From assembly GCA_049971805.1 (NCBI GenBank), contig JBMFKU010000001.1:1-64000 (forward strand): 64,000 nucleotides of DNA, in the 5' to 3' direction. Shown one piece after another: positions 50,825 to 60,027 of this stretch (position 1 is the first letter of the stretch; each line of letters opens with the position of its first letter). Position numbers and translations under genes: made by a program. The notes below the pieces were generated by a model. That model did not search any database and was not told the DNA's origin. It saw nothing but the letters and a program-made list of their open reading frames with translations. Source of the stretch: Caldisphaera sp. Its GTDB lineage: Archaea; Thermoproteota; Thermoprotei_A; Sulfolobales; Acidilobaceae.

Positions 50825-51985
50825 GTGAAGTTAGTGGAAGAAGAAAAAATACCAGGAAAGATGCTAAATAGGAAAATTATGATGAAATTAATGAATGCAA
50901 TACAAGAAAGTAAGCCGCCTTATAATTTAACGAGAATGGCAGAATTAATGGATATGCCTGATTCAACCTTAGAAAGTTATTTTAGATTGTTGAAAGACAA
51001 CAAATTTGCAACTGTTGCACTAGATTTTTCTAGGAAGTTGCTGAATTTAAAATATGTGATAGCAATAATTAAAGGTAAATGGCTGGACTCTTCACCGTTA
51101 AAGGATTATTGGTTAGTAGGAAGATTTCATACTTCAATAGGTACAATACTAACATATTATTTTCCATCTAACGAAAGTGAATCAATTAACTCTTTAAAAG
51201 AAATAACAAATGCAGATGTCTATCAATTTTATGATGTGTATAACTCTAGACCGGATTGGCTTTATTATTATGATGAGGAAAATGATAAATTATATGATAT
51301 AGATAAAATATATAAAATGATTGATAATCATCCTCCTATAAATTATGAAATACCAGATCCCCATAGAAAGCCAGATGCTTTAGATGTTTTGATTTTGGCA
51401 GCATTAGGAGCAAATGCTTTAGATAACTATCGTCTATTAATAGAGGCATTTAAAGGTCCAAGCCCTATAAGGAAGTTTAAGCCATTCTCATCATTTAATT
51501 ATCACTTAAACCACTCAAAATTATACTCAAGAGGAGGAGCTTTTTTACCAAAAGTTGGTTTGAATTCATTTAATTTAAGGCTAAGCGAACCTATGCCATT
51601 TACATCAGGTTATATCCTATTAAGGGGCACAAATAAAAACATACAATACATATTTAAAAGGCTATTAGCGTTTCCCTTTGTTGGCCAGATATTAGTGGGT
51701 GATAATGTAATATATTTTAACTATGTGATTCATGTTAAATATTTTGATACAACAATAGTAAATGAATATAAGCAATATGATTGGGATGAGGTATTGCAAT
51801 TCAATCTTATGGGCCATGATGTAAAAGAAAGGTATCTGTTACCATTTAGAGAATACAATCCTGTATTAAAAGAATGGATACCAAATAGTAATTTAGAAGA
51901 AATTGCAAGAAGAAAACTAAGACTATCAGAGTTCGAAAATTGGTACAATAAACATTATCTCAAAAATATAGAAAATCAAGAATAA
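50825..51985 (+). CDS. Tandem (two-repeat) Lrp/AsnC-like transcriptional regulator
   Basis: HTH1 NLTRMAELMDMPDSTLESYF followed by LNLKYV; second repeat PDALDVLILAAL..NA...YH; C-terminal LPF.EY....EW. Confidence 0.65.
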   Translation: MKLVEEEKIPGKMLNRKIMMKLMNAIQESKPPYNLTRMAELMDMPDSTLESYFRLLKDNKFATVALDFSRKLLNLKYVIAIIKGKWLDSSPLKDYWLVGRFHTSIGTILTYYFPSNESESINSLKEITNADVYQFYDVYNSRPDWLYYYDEENDKLYDIDKIYKMIDNHPPINYEIPDPHRKPDALDVLILAALGANALDNYRLLIEAFKGPSPIRKFKPFSSFNYHLNHSKLYSRGGAFLPKVGLNSFNLRLSEPMPFTSGYILLRGTNKNIQYIFKRLLAFPFVGQILVGDNVIYFNYVIHVKYFDTTIVNEYKQYDWDEVLQFNLMGHDVKERYLLPFREYNPVLKEWIPNSNLEEIARRKLRLSEFENWYNKHYLKNIENQE

Positions 51986-52001
51986 AAACTTTTAATAAAA
52001 A

Positions 52002-52169
52002 TCATAGAAATATATCGTCTTCTCCAGTTACTGGATTAACAGCTTGTAGATGAGCATGTGTTGCCGGTTGGCCTAAATGAAGGCTTAATACTAAGCTTAT
52101 TACAGCTAATATAGCAGGTAATACACTTAAGACCTTTATGCCGTACCTCTTAACTCCTTTTATACTCAT
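52002..52169 (-). CDS. 55-aa putative secreted peptide precursor (below ORF-track cutoff)
   Basis: MSIKGVKRYGIKVLSVLPAILAVISLVLSLHLGQPATHAHLQAVNPVTGEDDIFL*; ATG preceded by GGTGAG RBS; basic n-region, hydrophobic h-region, polar/acidic tail. Confidence 0.75.
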   Translation of the reverse strand: MSIKGVKRYGIKVLSVLPAILAVISLVLSLHLGQPATHAHLQAVNPVTGEDDIFL

Positions 52170-52362
52170 ACTCTCTCACCACATCCTAGTAATATTTCAG
52201 TTAATCATAAACTATTATCTTTTTTCCCATAGTGTTAAATCAAATTCCCGGAGAAAAGCTTATATAAAACCTTATAATAAATCAATATTTTAAAGATTGT
52301 AACATTTTCTGTGTAACTTTTTAATATTTCTAATAACTTCTAGATACTATGAAGAGAACTCC

Positions 52363-52660
52363 ATGGAGAGATACTTGATCTCCAGCGATGTTGCAGAGAT
52401 ATTTGGCATGAGCAGAATCGGGGTTATGAAATGGATTAGGCAAGGAAAAAATTAGAGCTGCAGAAATTAATGTAAGTAGAGAATTCCTTATAGTGAGGTT
52501 GAAAGACTGCTAAACAGATCTGGAAGAGTTAAACAAATAGCAATTTATGCTAGAGTTTCGTCAAGTTCCCAAAATGATGTTTGGAGAGGCAATTAAACTC
52601 TTTGAGGGAGTTGATTAGGAAAAATTTCGGTGAGGTTGCACTAATTGAAATTAAAGACAT
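52363..52660 (+). pseudogene. tnpA: IS607-family TnpA (serine recombinase) remnant
   Basis: MERYL..SDVAEIFGMSRIGVMKWIRQGK (HTH), frameshift in A6 at 52446-52451, RIPYSEVERLL, IAIYARVSS, LERQ, truncated at EIKDI. Confidence 0.85.
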
Positions 52661-52856
52661 AGAGGGTATGCTTCATGATATGAGGTAAGCCTCTACGTAA
52701 CTAAATTAAAATAAGGAGTGTGAGGCTTCTCCTTCAGGTCAAGTAAAGATGAGGAGTAGGAGTAACTTTATTCCCACATAGGGAGGAATCAGAGTAGATC
52801 CTATAGGTAACCTCTAGATCTCGGGAACTAATGCCCTTCATGGCGGGGAAGGCTGA
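52657..52856 (+). mobile_element. IS607 right-hand core/end (copy C), fused directly to the tnpA remnant
   Basis: gggtatgcttca..aggtaagcctctac..aggtcaagtaaagatgaggagtaggagtaacttta..acatagggaggaatcagagtag..gcccttcatggcggggaagg. Confidence 0.78.
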
Positions 52857-52874
52857 ATCCTTTTTCATTTTAGT

Positions 52875-53117
52875 AAAAATCTTTTTATATTCAAATATGC
52901 TTAGTTTTTACTGGCAAAGGATGACCTCTCACACCGATGTTGGCTATGCCCAAAAGAGTGGGTGTGATTGCAGAGATGTGAGCCCCGCGCCGTTGAGCTC
53001 GAAGGAGTCTCATGACCCGCATGCAGTTAAGCTTGGCAGATGGTTGAGGGCTAAGTCCCTATGCTCGATCATGATTGAAGATAAGATGATTGAAATGAAA
53101 GTGTATGGACAAACGGT
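52875..53117 (+). mobile_element. Internally deleted tnpB-derived (IS200/IS605-type) mini-element, omegaRNA-like
   Basis: TATA ttttatat ~52883; GC-richer structured tract; reading SKESHDP..KLGRWLRAKSL..MIEMKV resembles crenarchaeal TnpB C-termini (from recall); stems tcacacc/ggtgtga and gtcc.tat/gtatggac. Confidence 0.55.
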
Positions 53118-53202
53118 CGGACTTAGGTCTAACCAATATTTCTTATATGAGAGGCCGTAAAAACATTTAAACACATATTATTTTTGTATAAAAATAATAT
53201 AT

Positions 53203-54114
53203 TTGGAGATTAAAATGAAAGAAAGAGTTATTCTAAGGTTAACTAAAAAGAAGATATTTAATGAAACAACAGAGAAAATTAGCCCTCCAAAAGGTACTTT
53301 ATTTAATATAGGATCGTTTTTAATAAAAAGCTATGAATTAAGTTTAGATTATTTATTGATTCAAAAAATTAATTATTCTGATGTCTATGAATATAATGGT
53401 ATTGTTCAATTATCTCCTCAACCATGGAGTTCTTATTGTGAATGGCACAATGGATCCTTAGAAGAGGCTGATGATCCAACAAAAAGGATTTACTGCCCTT
53501 TAGAAGCTGAAGGCTTTTGTAGTAAACATAAAAGAACTGATAGAGCAATATATGATCTATGCCTTTCGTATAGAGGAGAAATTGCTCTACAAGCATGCAA
53601 GGAAATTGATAAAAAAATTAAGGGGGAATACGTGGTATACTTAATAGACTATGGGGGAGAAAAACCAAAAGTCGGAACTACTAGAAAGTTTAGAATTCTT
53701 GAAAGAATAGCGGAGCAACCTCATATAATAGCAACAGAATTGTTTATTACAGACAGCCTACATAAAGCAAGATTGATGGAAATGAACATATCTAAAGATG
53801 GTTTTGCAAACGAATTATGGAGACATAGATGGATATCTACGGAAAACATTTATAGCTCAATAATTAAATTAAATTCTATATTAAATAATATATCAAAAAA
53901 ATATTCTCTAAACACTGAATTCAGTTTCTTTAGGGTAAAACAGCCAATTAAAATAGCACCTAAATTGTTAGATTATAACTACTTTTATAATAAAGAATTT
54001 AAAATAGATAGCTATTGGGGCGGATATAATATAATTTATCTAAACAATCAACCATTTATTTTGCCAGAGAATCAAATGCTGCATAGAGATAGTCTAATTA
54101 TAGAAAAAATCTAG
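53203..54114 (+). CDS. DUF2797-like Cys-rich protein
   Basis: CEWH..CP..FCSKH..C cluster followed by YVVYL....KVGTTR....RIAEQ. Confidence 0.7.
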   Translation: MEIKMKERVILRLTKKKIFNETTEKISPPKGTLFNIGSFLIKSYELSLDYLLIQKINYSDVYEYNGIVQLSPQPWSSYCEWHNGSLEEADDPTKRIYCPLEAEGFCSKHKRTDRAIYDLCLSYRGEIALQACKEIDKKIKGEYVVYLIDYGGEKPKVGTTRKFRILERIAEQPHIIATELFITDSLHKARLMEMNISKDGFANELWRHRWISTENIYSSIIKLNSILNNISKKYSLNTEFSFFRVKQPIKIAPKLLDYNYFYNKEFKIDSYWGGYNIIYLNNQPFILPENQMLHRDSLIIEKI

Positions 54115-54232
54115 GTATAACTTTGAATAAAGTTTATATTGTTTTTATCCTTATGAAAATAATATTTAGCAATATTAACTAAATTTATATATCTCATTAA
54201 TCATTATCTATATGGAAACTTGGTGAACCTAA

Positions 54233-54961
54233 TTGAAATTTACTTCAGTTATACCGGCAGGTGGCGAAGGCTCTAGATTTAAACCATACACAGATATTGT
54301 GCCTAAACCAATGATACCTCTAGGTGAAGAAGAAAAACCAATTTTGGATTATATTGTACAGCATCTATCAAGTAATGGTTCAGATCACATCATATTATTA
54401 GTTAATTATAAATGGAAATATATAAAAAATTATTTTAGAGATGGAGATAAACATAATGTAAAAATAGATTATAGCATAGATGATAATATTTATGGAAATA
54501 CTGGTGGATCTTTATTAAAGGCTTACAAAGAAGGTCTTTTAAATTCGGATATAGCATTAATCTGGTATGGAGATATTATAGCAGGATTAAACCCAAAAGA
54601 AGTAATTGATTATCATATAAAAAACAATACTGATGTCACACTTGTGATAGCAAATAAATATCAAATACCCGTAGGAGTTGCAGAAATAGATGAGAACAAC
54701 AATATAATAAAATTAAATGAAAAACCATGGCTAGATATAAAAGTTACTATAGGAATATTAACATTAAGGACTTCAATCCTAGAAAATATAGAAGAAGTTT
54801 TAGGAACGAAATTTGATATAATGGGTGATTTAATACCATATATGATAAAAAAGAATTTAAAAATTAAAGGCTTTATCTATGATAAGGAATGGTTAGATGT
54901 AGGCAGCCTAGAAAGGTATAAAAAGATAGACTCAAAAATATTAAATAAAATTTTATCTTAA
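54233..54961 (+). CDS. Sugar-phosphate nucleotidyltransferase
   Basis: PAGGEGSRFKPYTDIVPKPM, NTGG, YGD, EKP, WLDVG. Confidence 0.9.
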   Translation: MKFTSVIPAGGEGSRFKPYTDIVPKPMIPLGEEEKPILDYIVQHLSSNGSDHIILLVNYKWKYIKNYFRDGDKHNVKIDYSIDDNIYGNTGGSLLKAYKEGLLNSDIALIWYGDIIAGLNPKEVIDYHIKNNTDVTLVIANKYQIPVGVAEIDENNNIIKLNEKPWLDIKVTIGILTLRTSILENIEEVLGTKFDIMGDLIPYMIKKNLKIKGFIYDKEWLDVGSLERYKKIDSKILNKILS

Positions 54962-54980
54962 ATTACAATTTAAATATTCT

Positions 54981-55358
54981 TTATTTTATGACAATTATTT
55001 TATCTCCATTAATAATTATTTTATCTCCATCGTTTATATTTTTAACTAAATCCTTTGGTATATTATCAATTAATGGAATATTTGCCAATACACACCCTGC
55101 AACAATTATGGGCTCTGATTTAACCATTATTATAGCTTTTGGAGAAACGTTGTTTTCTTTAAGTGCATAAATTATATAAGAACCAACGGTACTGCCCCTT
55201 GGTTTAAGGGAAACTACAATTTTGCCTTTTATTGATCTTCCATCTTTAAGCTTTCCTGTTTCTGGATCTACATCACCATAAAAGCTTATTTCATTTATCA
55301 CAACAGCCTCCCCTTCTGCCTTCCCCTTTATTAATGCTCTGCCATTGATTTCAATCAT
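54981..55358 (-). CDS. Aconitase X small subunit (DUF126); likely phosphomevalonate dehydratase small subunit
   Basis: ISFYGDVDPETG, RGSTVGSY. Confidence 0.9.
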   Translation of the reverse strand: MIEINGRALIKGKAEGEAVVINEISFYGDVDPETGKLKDGRSIKGKIVVSLKPRGSTVGSYIIYALKENNVSPKAIIMVKSEPIIVAGCVLANIPLIDNIPKDLVKNINDGDKIIINGDKIIVIK

Positions 55359-56553
55359 TGTCTATCACCTTGGGAATATCATTTATTGATATTAAAGATA
55401 CATCAATACCTTTTTTAGATAAATAGAAATAGGCCTTATAGCTATTTGTAGCAACGCTTAATCCCTTATATCCAAATGGGCTTACTATTAAGCAGGTATC
55501 TGCTATTAAATTAACATTGTGATCTTTAAGAATTTTTAAAGCATTGCTTTCTATTTTTTGTATTTCACTCCTGGATAAAGTTACAACAATTTTTACATCA
55601 TATTTTTTATTTGTCTTTTTTAATATATTTGCCAATTTATATAAATCTTCTGCAGACGAATGGGGACATCCTAAATAAATTACTTCTGGTTTTTTGTTTG
55701 GACTTAGTTCCTCTTTCCTCTTTTCTATTTCTTTATAATCTATTTTAACTTCTTTTAAAATTTTTTTTCCGAGCTTTTCAGGGGTAATTTTATCAATATA
55801 AACCATAGCAATATTGCCTGATGCACCTAATGATGCAAAAAATTCTTTCATGGCTAGTTTATCCAATGTTTCATTTATAAATGGAGGCTTATCGCTATCA
55901 TGAATTTTGCTTAAGATTTCGCCAAATACGCCTGCTCTGACTTCATCTATATTGTAATTATAAGGCTTCTCTATAACGTATTTTATTTCAGGTATTCTGT
56001 TTTCATTAATATGAAGGCCATAATAATATATTTTGCCAGTTATTGCTGCCATTAATGAAATTGGACCTCCTTCTCTGTTCGTTCTAAGCCCTAAAATGCT
56101 ATTCGCATATACAACTGCATTAGACTCTCCCCAAGCGACGCTATTACCAATTTTTAAATTTTTAATATTTGGTAAATCATACGGTGTACAAGATAAGGTC
56201 AAATCGGCGCCCATTTTGTGTAATGATTTTAGTATTTCATTTTGATTGTTAATATAGTTCAAATCTATTTTGGTGTAAGGAATAGCCTTATAATCTTCCA
56301 TATCATATCCTATTGGATTAACTGTAGAAGGCACAGAAAATCTAACACCTGAATCTGCAAACATCTTAATCAATTTTCTTCCTGGATCTCCAATGTTGCT
56401 ATAAGAAACACCTGAAATATGAGCATGAGATATATCAATTAATTTTTCTGCTTCTAGAGAATCTCCCACGCTAACAATGACTTGCAAAGCCTTCGCCTTT
56501 GCCCAACCTTCTTCTCCATTTATTATCTTTTCTTCGTCTTTTGTTAGGTACAT
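55351..56553 (-). CDS. Aconitase X large subunit (DUF521); likely phosphomevalonate dehydratase large subunit
   Basis: MYLTKDEE, SCTPY, WGESNA, TNREG, GCPH, DTCLIVSP. Confidence 0.9.
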   Translation of the reverse strand: MYLTKDEEKIINGEEGWAKAKALQVIVSVGDSLEAEKLIDISHAHISGVSYSNIGDPGRKLIKMFADSGVRFSVPSTVNPIGYDMEDYKAIPYTKIDLNYINNQNEILKSLHKMGADLTLSCTPYDLPNIKNLKIGNSVAWGESNAVVYANSILGLRTNREGGPISLMAAITGKIYYYGLHINENRIPEIKYVIEKPYNYNIDEVRAGVFGEILSKIHDSDKPPFINETLDKLAMKEFFASLGASGNIAMVYIDKITPEKLGKKILKEVKIDYKEIEKRKEELSPNKKPEVIYLGCPHSSAEDLYKLANILKKTNKKYDVKIVVTLSRSEIQKIESNALKILKDHNVNLIADTCLIVSPFGYKGLSVATNSYKAYFYLSKKGIDVSLISINDIPKVIDND

Positions 56554-56565
56554 ATTCTTGTTCCC

Positions 56566-57576
56566 CTAATACCACCATATTGTAGCAAATTTATGCTCTG
56601 GTATCATATAATTTTTATCAGAAAAAGCCTTACATTCTTTTGCTAGTATACAACCATCGATATTACAACCATTAATTTTCCTGCAAAAATCATTACATGT
56701 CTTACAACTAGGATTTTCTTTCGTACAGCAGTTTCTTCCGAAGTTCCAAAGTATATCATCTAATATGAAAGGATCCAATCCAGAGCTTTGAGAAACAATT
56801 CTATATGCTATCCTTGAATTATATCTTAAAATTATGTCTTCTTCGCTTGTAAATTCTAATTGCATAGAAATCTTTTCTCTGGTTTCTTTATCAAGCTCAA
56901 TTATTCCAGTCCTTAAAGCAATTCTTGATAAATGGTTATCAACTGGCAATTCTTTATTATATGGATCGTTAATTTTTAAAATTGATCTTCTTTCTAGAAA
57001 CTTGGCCAACAAAAAGGCTTTTTTCTCGACTGGATCTTGATATGCTTTAAAAATCTTTAATAGATCAATAAAACCATTGTTAACTCCTTTTCTTAGATAT
57101 CCCTGGGATTCAATTATCAAATCGTACGGATCTTTGTAAAATTTTTTTAATTTATTTCCTAAATCTTTTAGTAATTCTGCTCTTACTCTTATATCATCAG
57201 GATATATAATTTTCCCATTTTTATCGGTAATAGAAAGCCATTTCTTTACTTTTTCTTCACTAATCTCTGAAAGGCTTTCTGGATAAAAAAATGATGGATC
57301 TTCGTTAAATTTTAATGACCCAAGCTTATATAATGCGTCTGCCCCACGATAAGACCTGTTATCAATAATACCTTCATATACTTTATTTTTATATCTAAGT
57401 CTATGATCTATAGATACCATTACTAAAAAATAATTAAAAACATCTGACTTTGATGCGTTTAAGGGTGGATAATAATCTATATTATCGTACAGATCTATGT
57501 TTTGTGGAACTAATTTAGATATTAGCAAACCAATATTTTTTGCTTTATCAATATCAATTTCTACTTTCATTTTCAT
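56566..57576 (-). CDS. HhH-GPD/QNG-like N-glycosylase-fold protein with C-terminal Cys cluster
   Basis: DPVEKKAFL, LPVDNHLSRIALRTG, LDDILW.FGR.CC....PSC. Confidence 0.65.
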   Translation of the reverse strand: MKMKVEIDIDKAKNIGLLISKLVPQNIDLYDNIDYYPPLNASKSDVFNYFLVMVSIDHRLRYKNKVYEGIIDNRSYRGADALYKLGSLKFNEDPSFFYPESLSEISEEKVKKWLSITDKNGKIIYPDDIRVRAELLKDLGNKLKKFYKDPYDLIIESQGYLRKGVNNGFIDLLKIFKAYQDPVEKKAFLLAKFLERRSILKINDPYNKELPVDNHLSRIALRTGIIELDKETREKISMQLEFTSEEDIILRYNSRIAYRIVSQSSGLDPFILDDILWNFGRNCCTKENPSCKTCNDFCRKINGCNIDGCILAKECKAFSDKNYMIPEHKFATIWWY

Positions 57577-57734
57577 TTACCTTCAATTAAATTTTGCCTA
57601 ACTGTATTAAAGCTCTTTCATCTTTTAGTATTTATTTATAGAAATTAAATATCATTTAGCTTGTAAATTTAAAAATAGGCTTTAACAAGTTTTAAATTTA
57701 AGATGTAAAAATAGGCTATAGAATAGGCGAGAAA

Positions 57735-58010
57735 ATGGAAGATTGGCTTATAGAGTCTTCGAAAAAATTTGAGTCTGCTAGGTATTTAAGCAAGGAAGAA
57801 AAAATAGTCCTCAAATATTTTTTAGAAAATGTTTCTGTTGGAGATTTAAGAGCTATAGCGGATTTATCAAAAAAAGGAATCGAAAATCCTGAAAATGTAA
57901 TTGAGTCATTAATAGAAAAGGGTTTTTTAGAAAGAGGTAACGATTGTTTTAACCTATCATATTATTTAAGAATCTTTGTTTCGAGAAGAGGAATGCCAAA
58001 TTTTGATTAA
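57735..58010 (+). CDS. PolB1-binding protein 2 (PBP2)-like wHTH protein
   Basis: YF..NVSVGDL.A..DL...GI.NP..VI..LIEKG.LERG..CFNL matches recalled crenarchaeal PBP2. Confidence 0.78.
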   Translation: MEDWLIESSKKFESARYLSKEEKIVLKYFLENVSVGDLRAIADLSKKGIENPENVIESLIEKGFLERGNDCFNLSYYLRIFVSRRGMPNFD

Positions 58011-58062
58011 ATAAAAGAAAAACATTAAAATATGGATAAAATTAAATAAAAAGGGGTTAAGT

Positions 58063-58767
58063 ATGGTAAATACGGTTCATATATTGGCAAATAAAGTTCC
58101 TAAAAAAATGTTGATAACAGGTGATCCCGATAGAATTAAGTTGATAGCAAAGTTGTTAAATGATTTAACTTTGATAAATAGCAACAGGGGTTTCTATACT
58201 TATGCAGGAACTTATAATAAAGAAGAAATTGGATTAGCCTCTCATGGAATTGGAGGCCCAAGTGTTGCAATTGTTTTGGAAGAGCTTATATCATTGGGAG
58301 CAGAGTACATTATTAGATTAGGTACCATAGGTAGCTTATTTGATGAAATAAATGTTGGAGACGTTATTATACCTAATGGCGTAGCATATTTAGGAAACGC
58401 GTCTGCTCTAGGGCTGTATTTTAGTAATATATGCTATCCATCATCCCCAGATGCAAATTTATCTCAAAATTTATTAAAAAATGCTGTAAACAATGGATTT
58501 AAAGTTCATAGAGGTATTATTTTTTCAAGCGATTCATTTTATGCAGAAGTTGAAATTTTAGAAAAATTAAAGAAACTAAATATTATTGGAGTTGAGATGG
58601 AATGTGCTACATTATTAGCCTTGTCAAATTTAAGGGGAATAAAGTCATCTTGTTTTTTAATAGTATCTAATAAAGCTTATGATAAATTTAAAAAAGAATT
58701 TTACATACAGGAAGAAGCTATATTAAATGCTGCTAGAACAATACTAGATGTATTAAGTAAAAATTAA
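58063..58767 (+). CDS. Purine nucleoside phosphorylase (NP-I, DeoD/Udp family)
   Basis: GDPDR, HGIGGPS, RLGTIG, SDSFY, VEME. Confidence 0.9.
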   Translation: MVNTVHILANKVPKKMLITGDPDRIKLIAKLLNDLTLINSNRGFYTYAGTYNKEEIGLASHGIGGPSVAIVLEELISLGAEYIIRLGTIGSLFDEINVGDVIIPNGVAYLGNASALGLYFSNICYPSSPDANLSQNLLKNAVNNGFKVHRGIIFSSDSFYAEVEILEKLKKLNIIGVEMECATLLALSNLRGIKSSCFLIVSNKAYDKFKKEFYIQEEAILNAARTILDVLSKN

Positions 58768-58834
58768 TATGTTTGCAATATATAGATAAGTATTTTAAAT
58801 CTAGCAATAAATTTAATTTAAGGAGGTAATAGAT

Positions 58835-60016
58835 ATGAGCGCAAGATCAAGAGCATTAATATTTACGTCTATAGGACACTTCCTTAATGATAGCTTTCTG
58901 GTTACGTTTTCAATTCTAATAACATATTATCTAGACATGAAAATCTCACCATTATTTTTAGGAACTATGGGATCATTGATTAGTATACTATCAGGTTTAA
59001 CAAGTATATGGGTTGGTAGAGAGGCAGATAAAGAAGGTAATCATAATAGGTTAATGCTTGCAGGCTTCATTCTTATTGGTCTATCAAGTCTTTTATATGC
59101 ATCATCATTTTCTTACCATGAATTTACACTAACTTTAATAGCATTGGCATCTATATCATTAGGCATGGGCCTATCATTTTATCACCCTCTAGGTGGTTCT
59201 ATACTACAACATATATATGATATTAAAGAATCACCAAGAGCCTTAGGTATTAATGGATCCTTTGGTAGTATTGGTAGAGCAATATTTCCTGTAGTTTTAG
59301 TCTTTGTAATACATGCTTTGGGAGCTCCTCTCGGACTCTATTTAATTGGTATATATACTTTCATCTTATCTATAATAATTTATAGCGGATTAAAGCCAAT
59401 TAATATACAAGTTGAAATTAAAAATAATAATAAAGAATCAAACAAGGTTTCTTTATCATCTTTTTACTATGTCTTGATACCTTTAAGCATTGTGGTATTT
59501 TTAAGGGCTATGTTTATTTCAGGGGTTCAAACTTATGCACCTACATATTTAGAATTTCTATATAAATCAAAGTTATTAATGAGCATAATATTAACTGTTT
59601 CCTATGCTACTGCAATATTTGGACAACCTTATTTCGGCCGTTTAACATCAAACATAGGAGGAAGAAGTGTTGTATTTATAACTACAATATTTTCCACTCT
59701 CTTTTATATATTATTTTTATTTATTAAAAATGAAACATTATCTATAATAATGTTTGCAGTCTTTTCGTTTTTCGCTTTTAGTGGTTTCCCAAATTTGTTA
59801 GGTTATGTAGGTCAAATTGTTGATAAAAGTGTTTTTGCCCAAGCCAACTCATTGATTTGGGGGGTAAGTAATACTATAGGAGGGGCTATTGGTATATTTT
59901 TAGGAGGCTATATTTTACAAATAATAGGATTAGAAAATACTATGATAACTTTCATGATATTAGCGTTAATCTCAACTGCGCTATTACCAATAATTCCAAA
60001 AAAAAGGAAGAAATAA
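58835..60016 (+). CDS. MFS transporter
   Basis: GHFLND, FYHP, ~12 hydrophobic helices. Confidence 0.88.
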   Translation: MSARSRALIFTSIGHFLNDSFLVTFSILITYYLDMKISPLFLGTMGSLISILSGLTSIWVGREADKEGNHNRLMLAGFILIGLSSLLYASSFSYHEFTLTLIALASISLGMGLSFYHPLGGSILQHIYDIKESPRALGINGSFGSIGRAIFPVVLVFVIHALGAPLGLYLIGIYTFILSIIIYSGLKPINIQVEIKNNNKESNKVSLSSFYYVLIPLSIVVFLRAMFISGVQTYAPTYLEFLYKSKLLMSIILTVSYATAIFGQPYFGRLTSNIGGRSVVFITTIFSTLFYILFLFIKNETLSIIMFAVFSFFAFSGFPNLLGYVGQIVDKSVFAQANSLIWGVSNTIGGAIGIFLGGYILQIIGLENTMITFMILALISTALLPIIPKKRKK

Positions 60017-60027
60017 AAATAAATAAA

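Noticed and set aside
52831-53160. 109-aa ORF as a real protein
   Set aside because: Spans an IS right end, a TATA region and a tnpB-like tail; better explained as a chimeric remnant.
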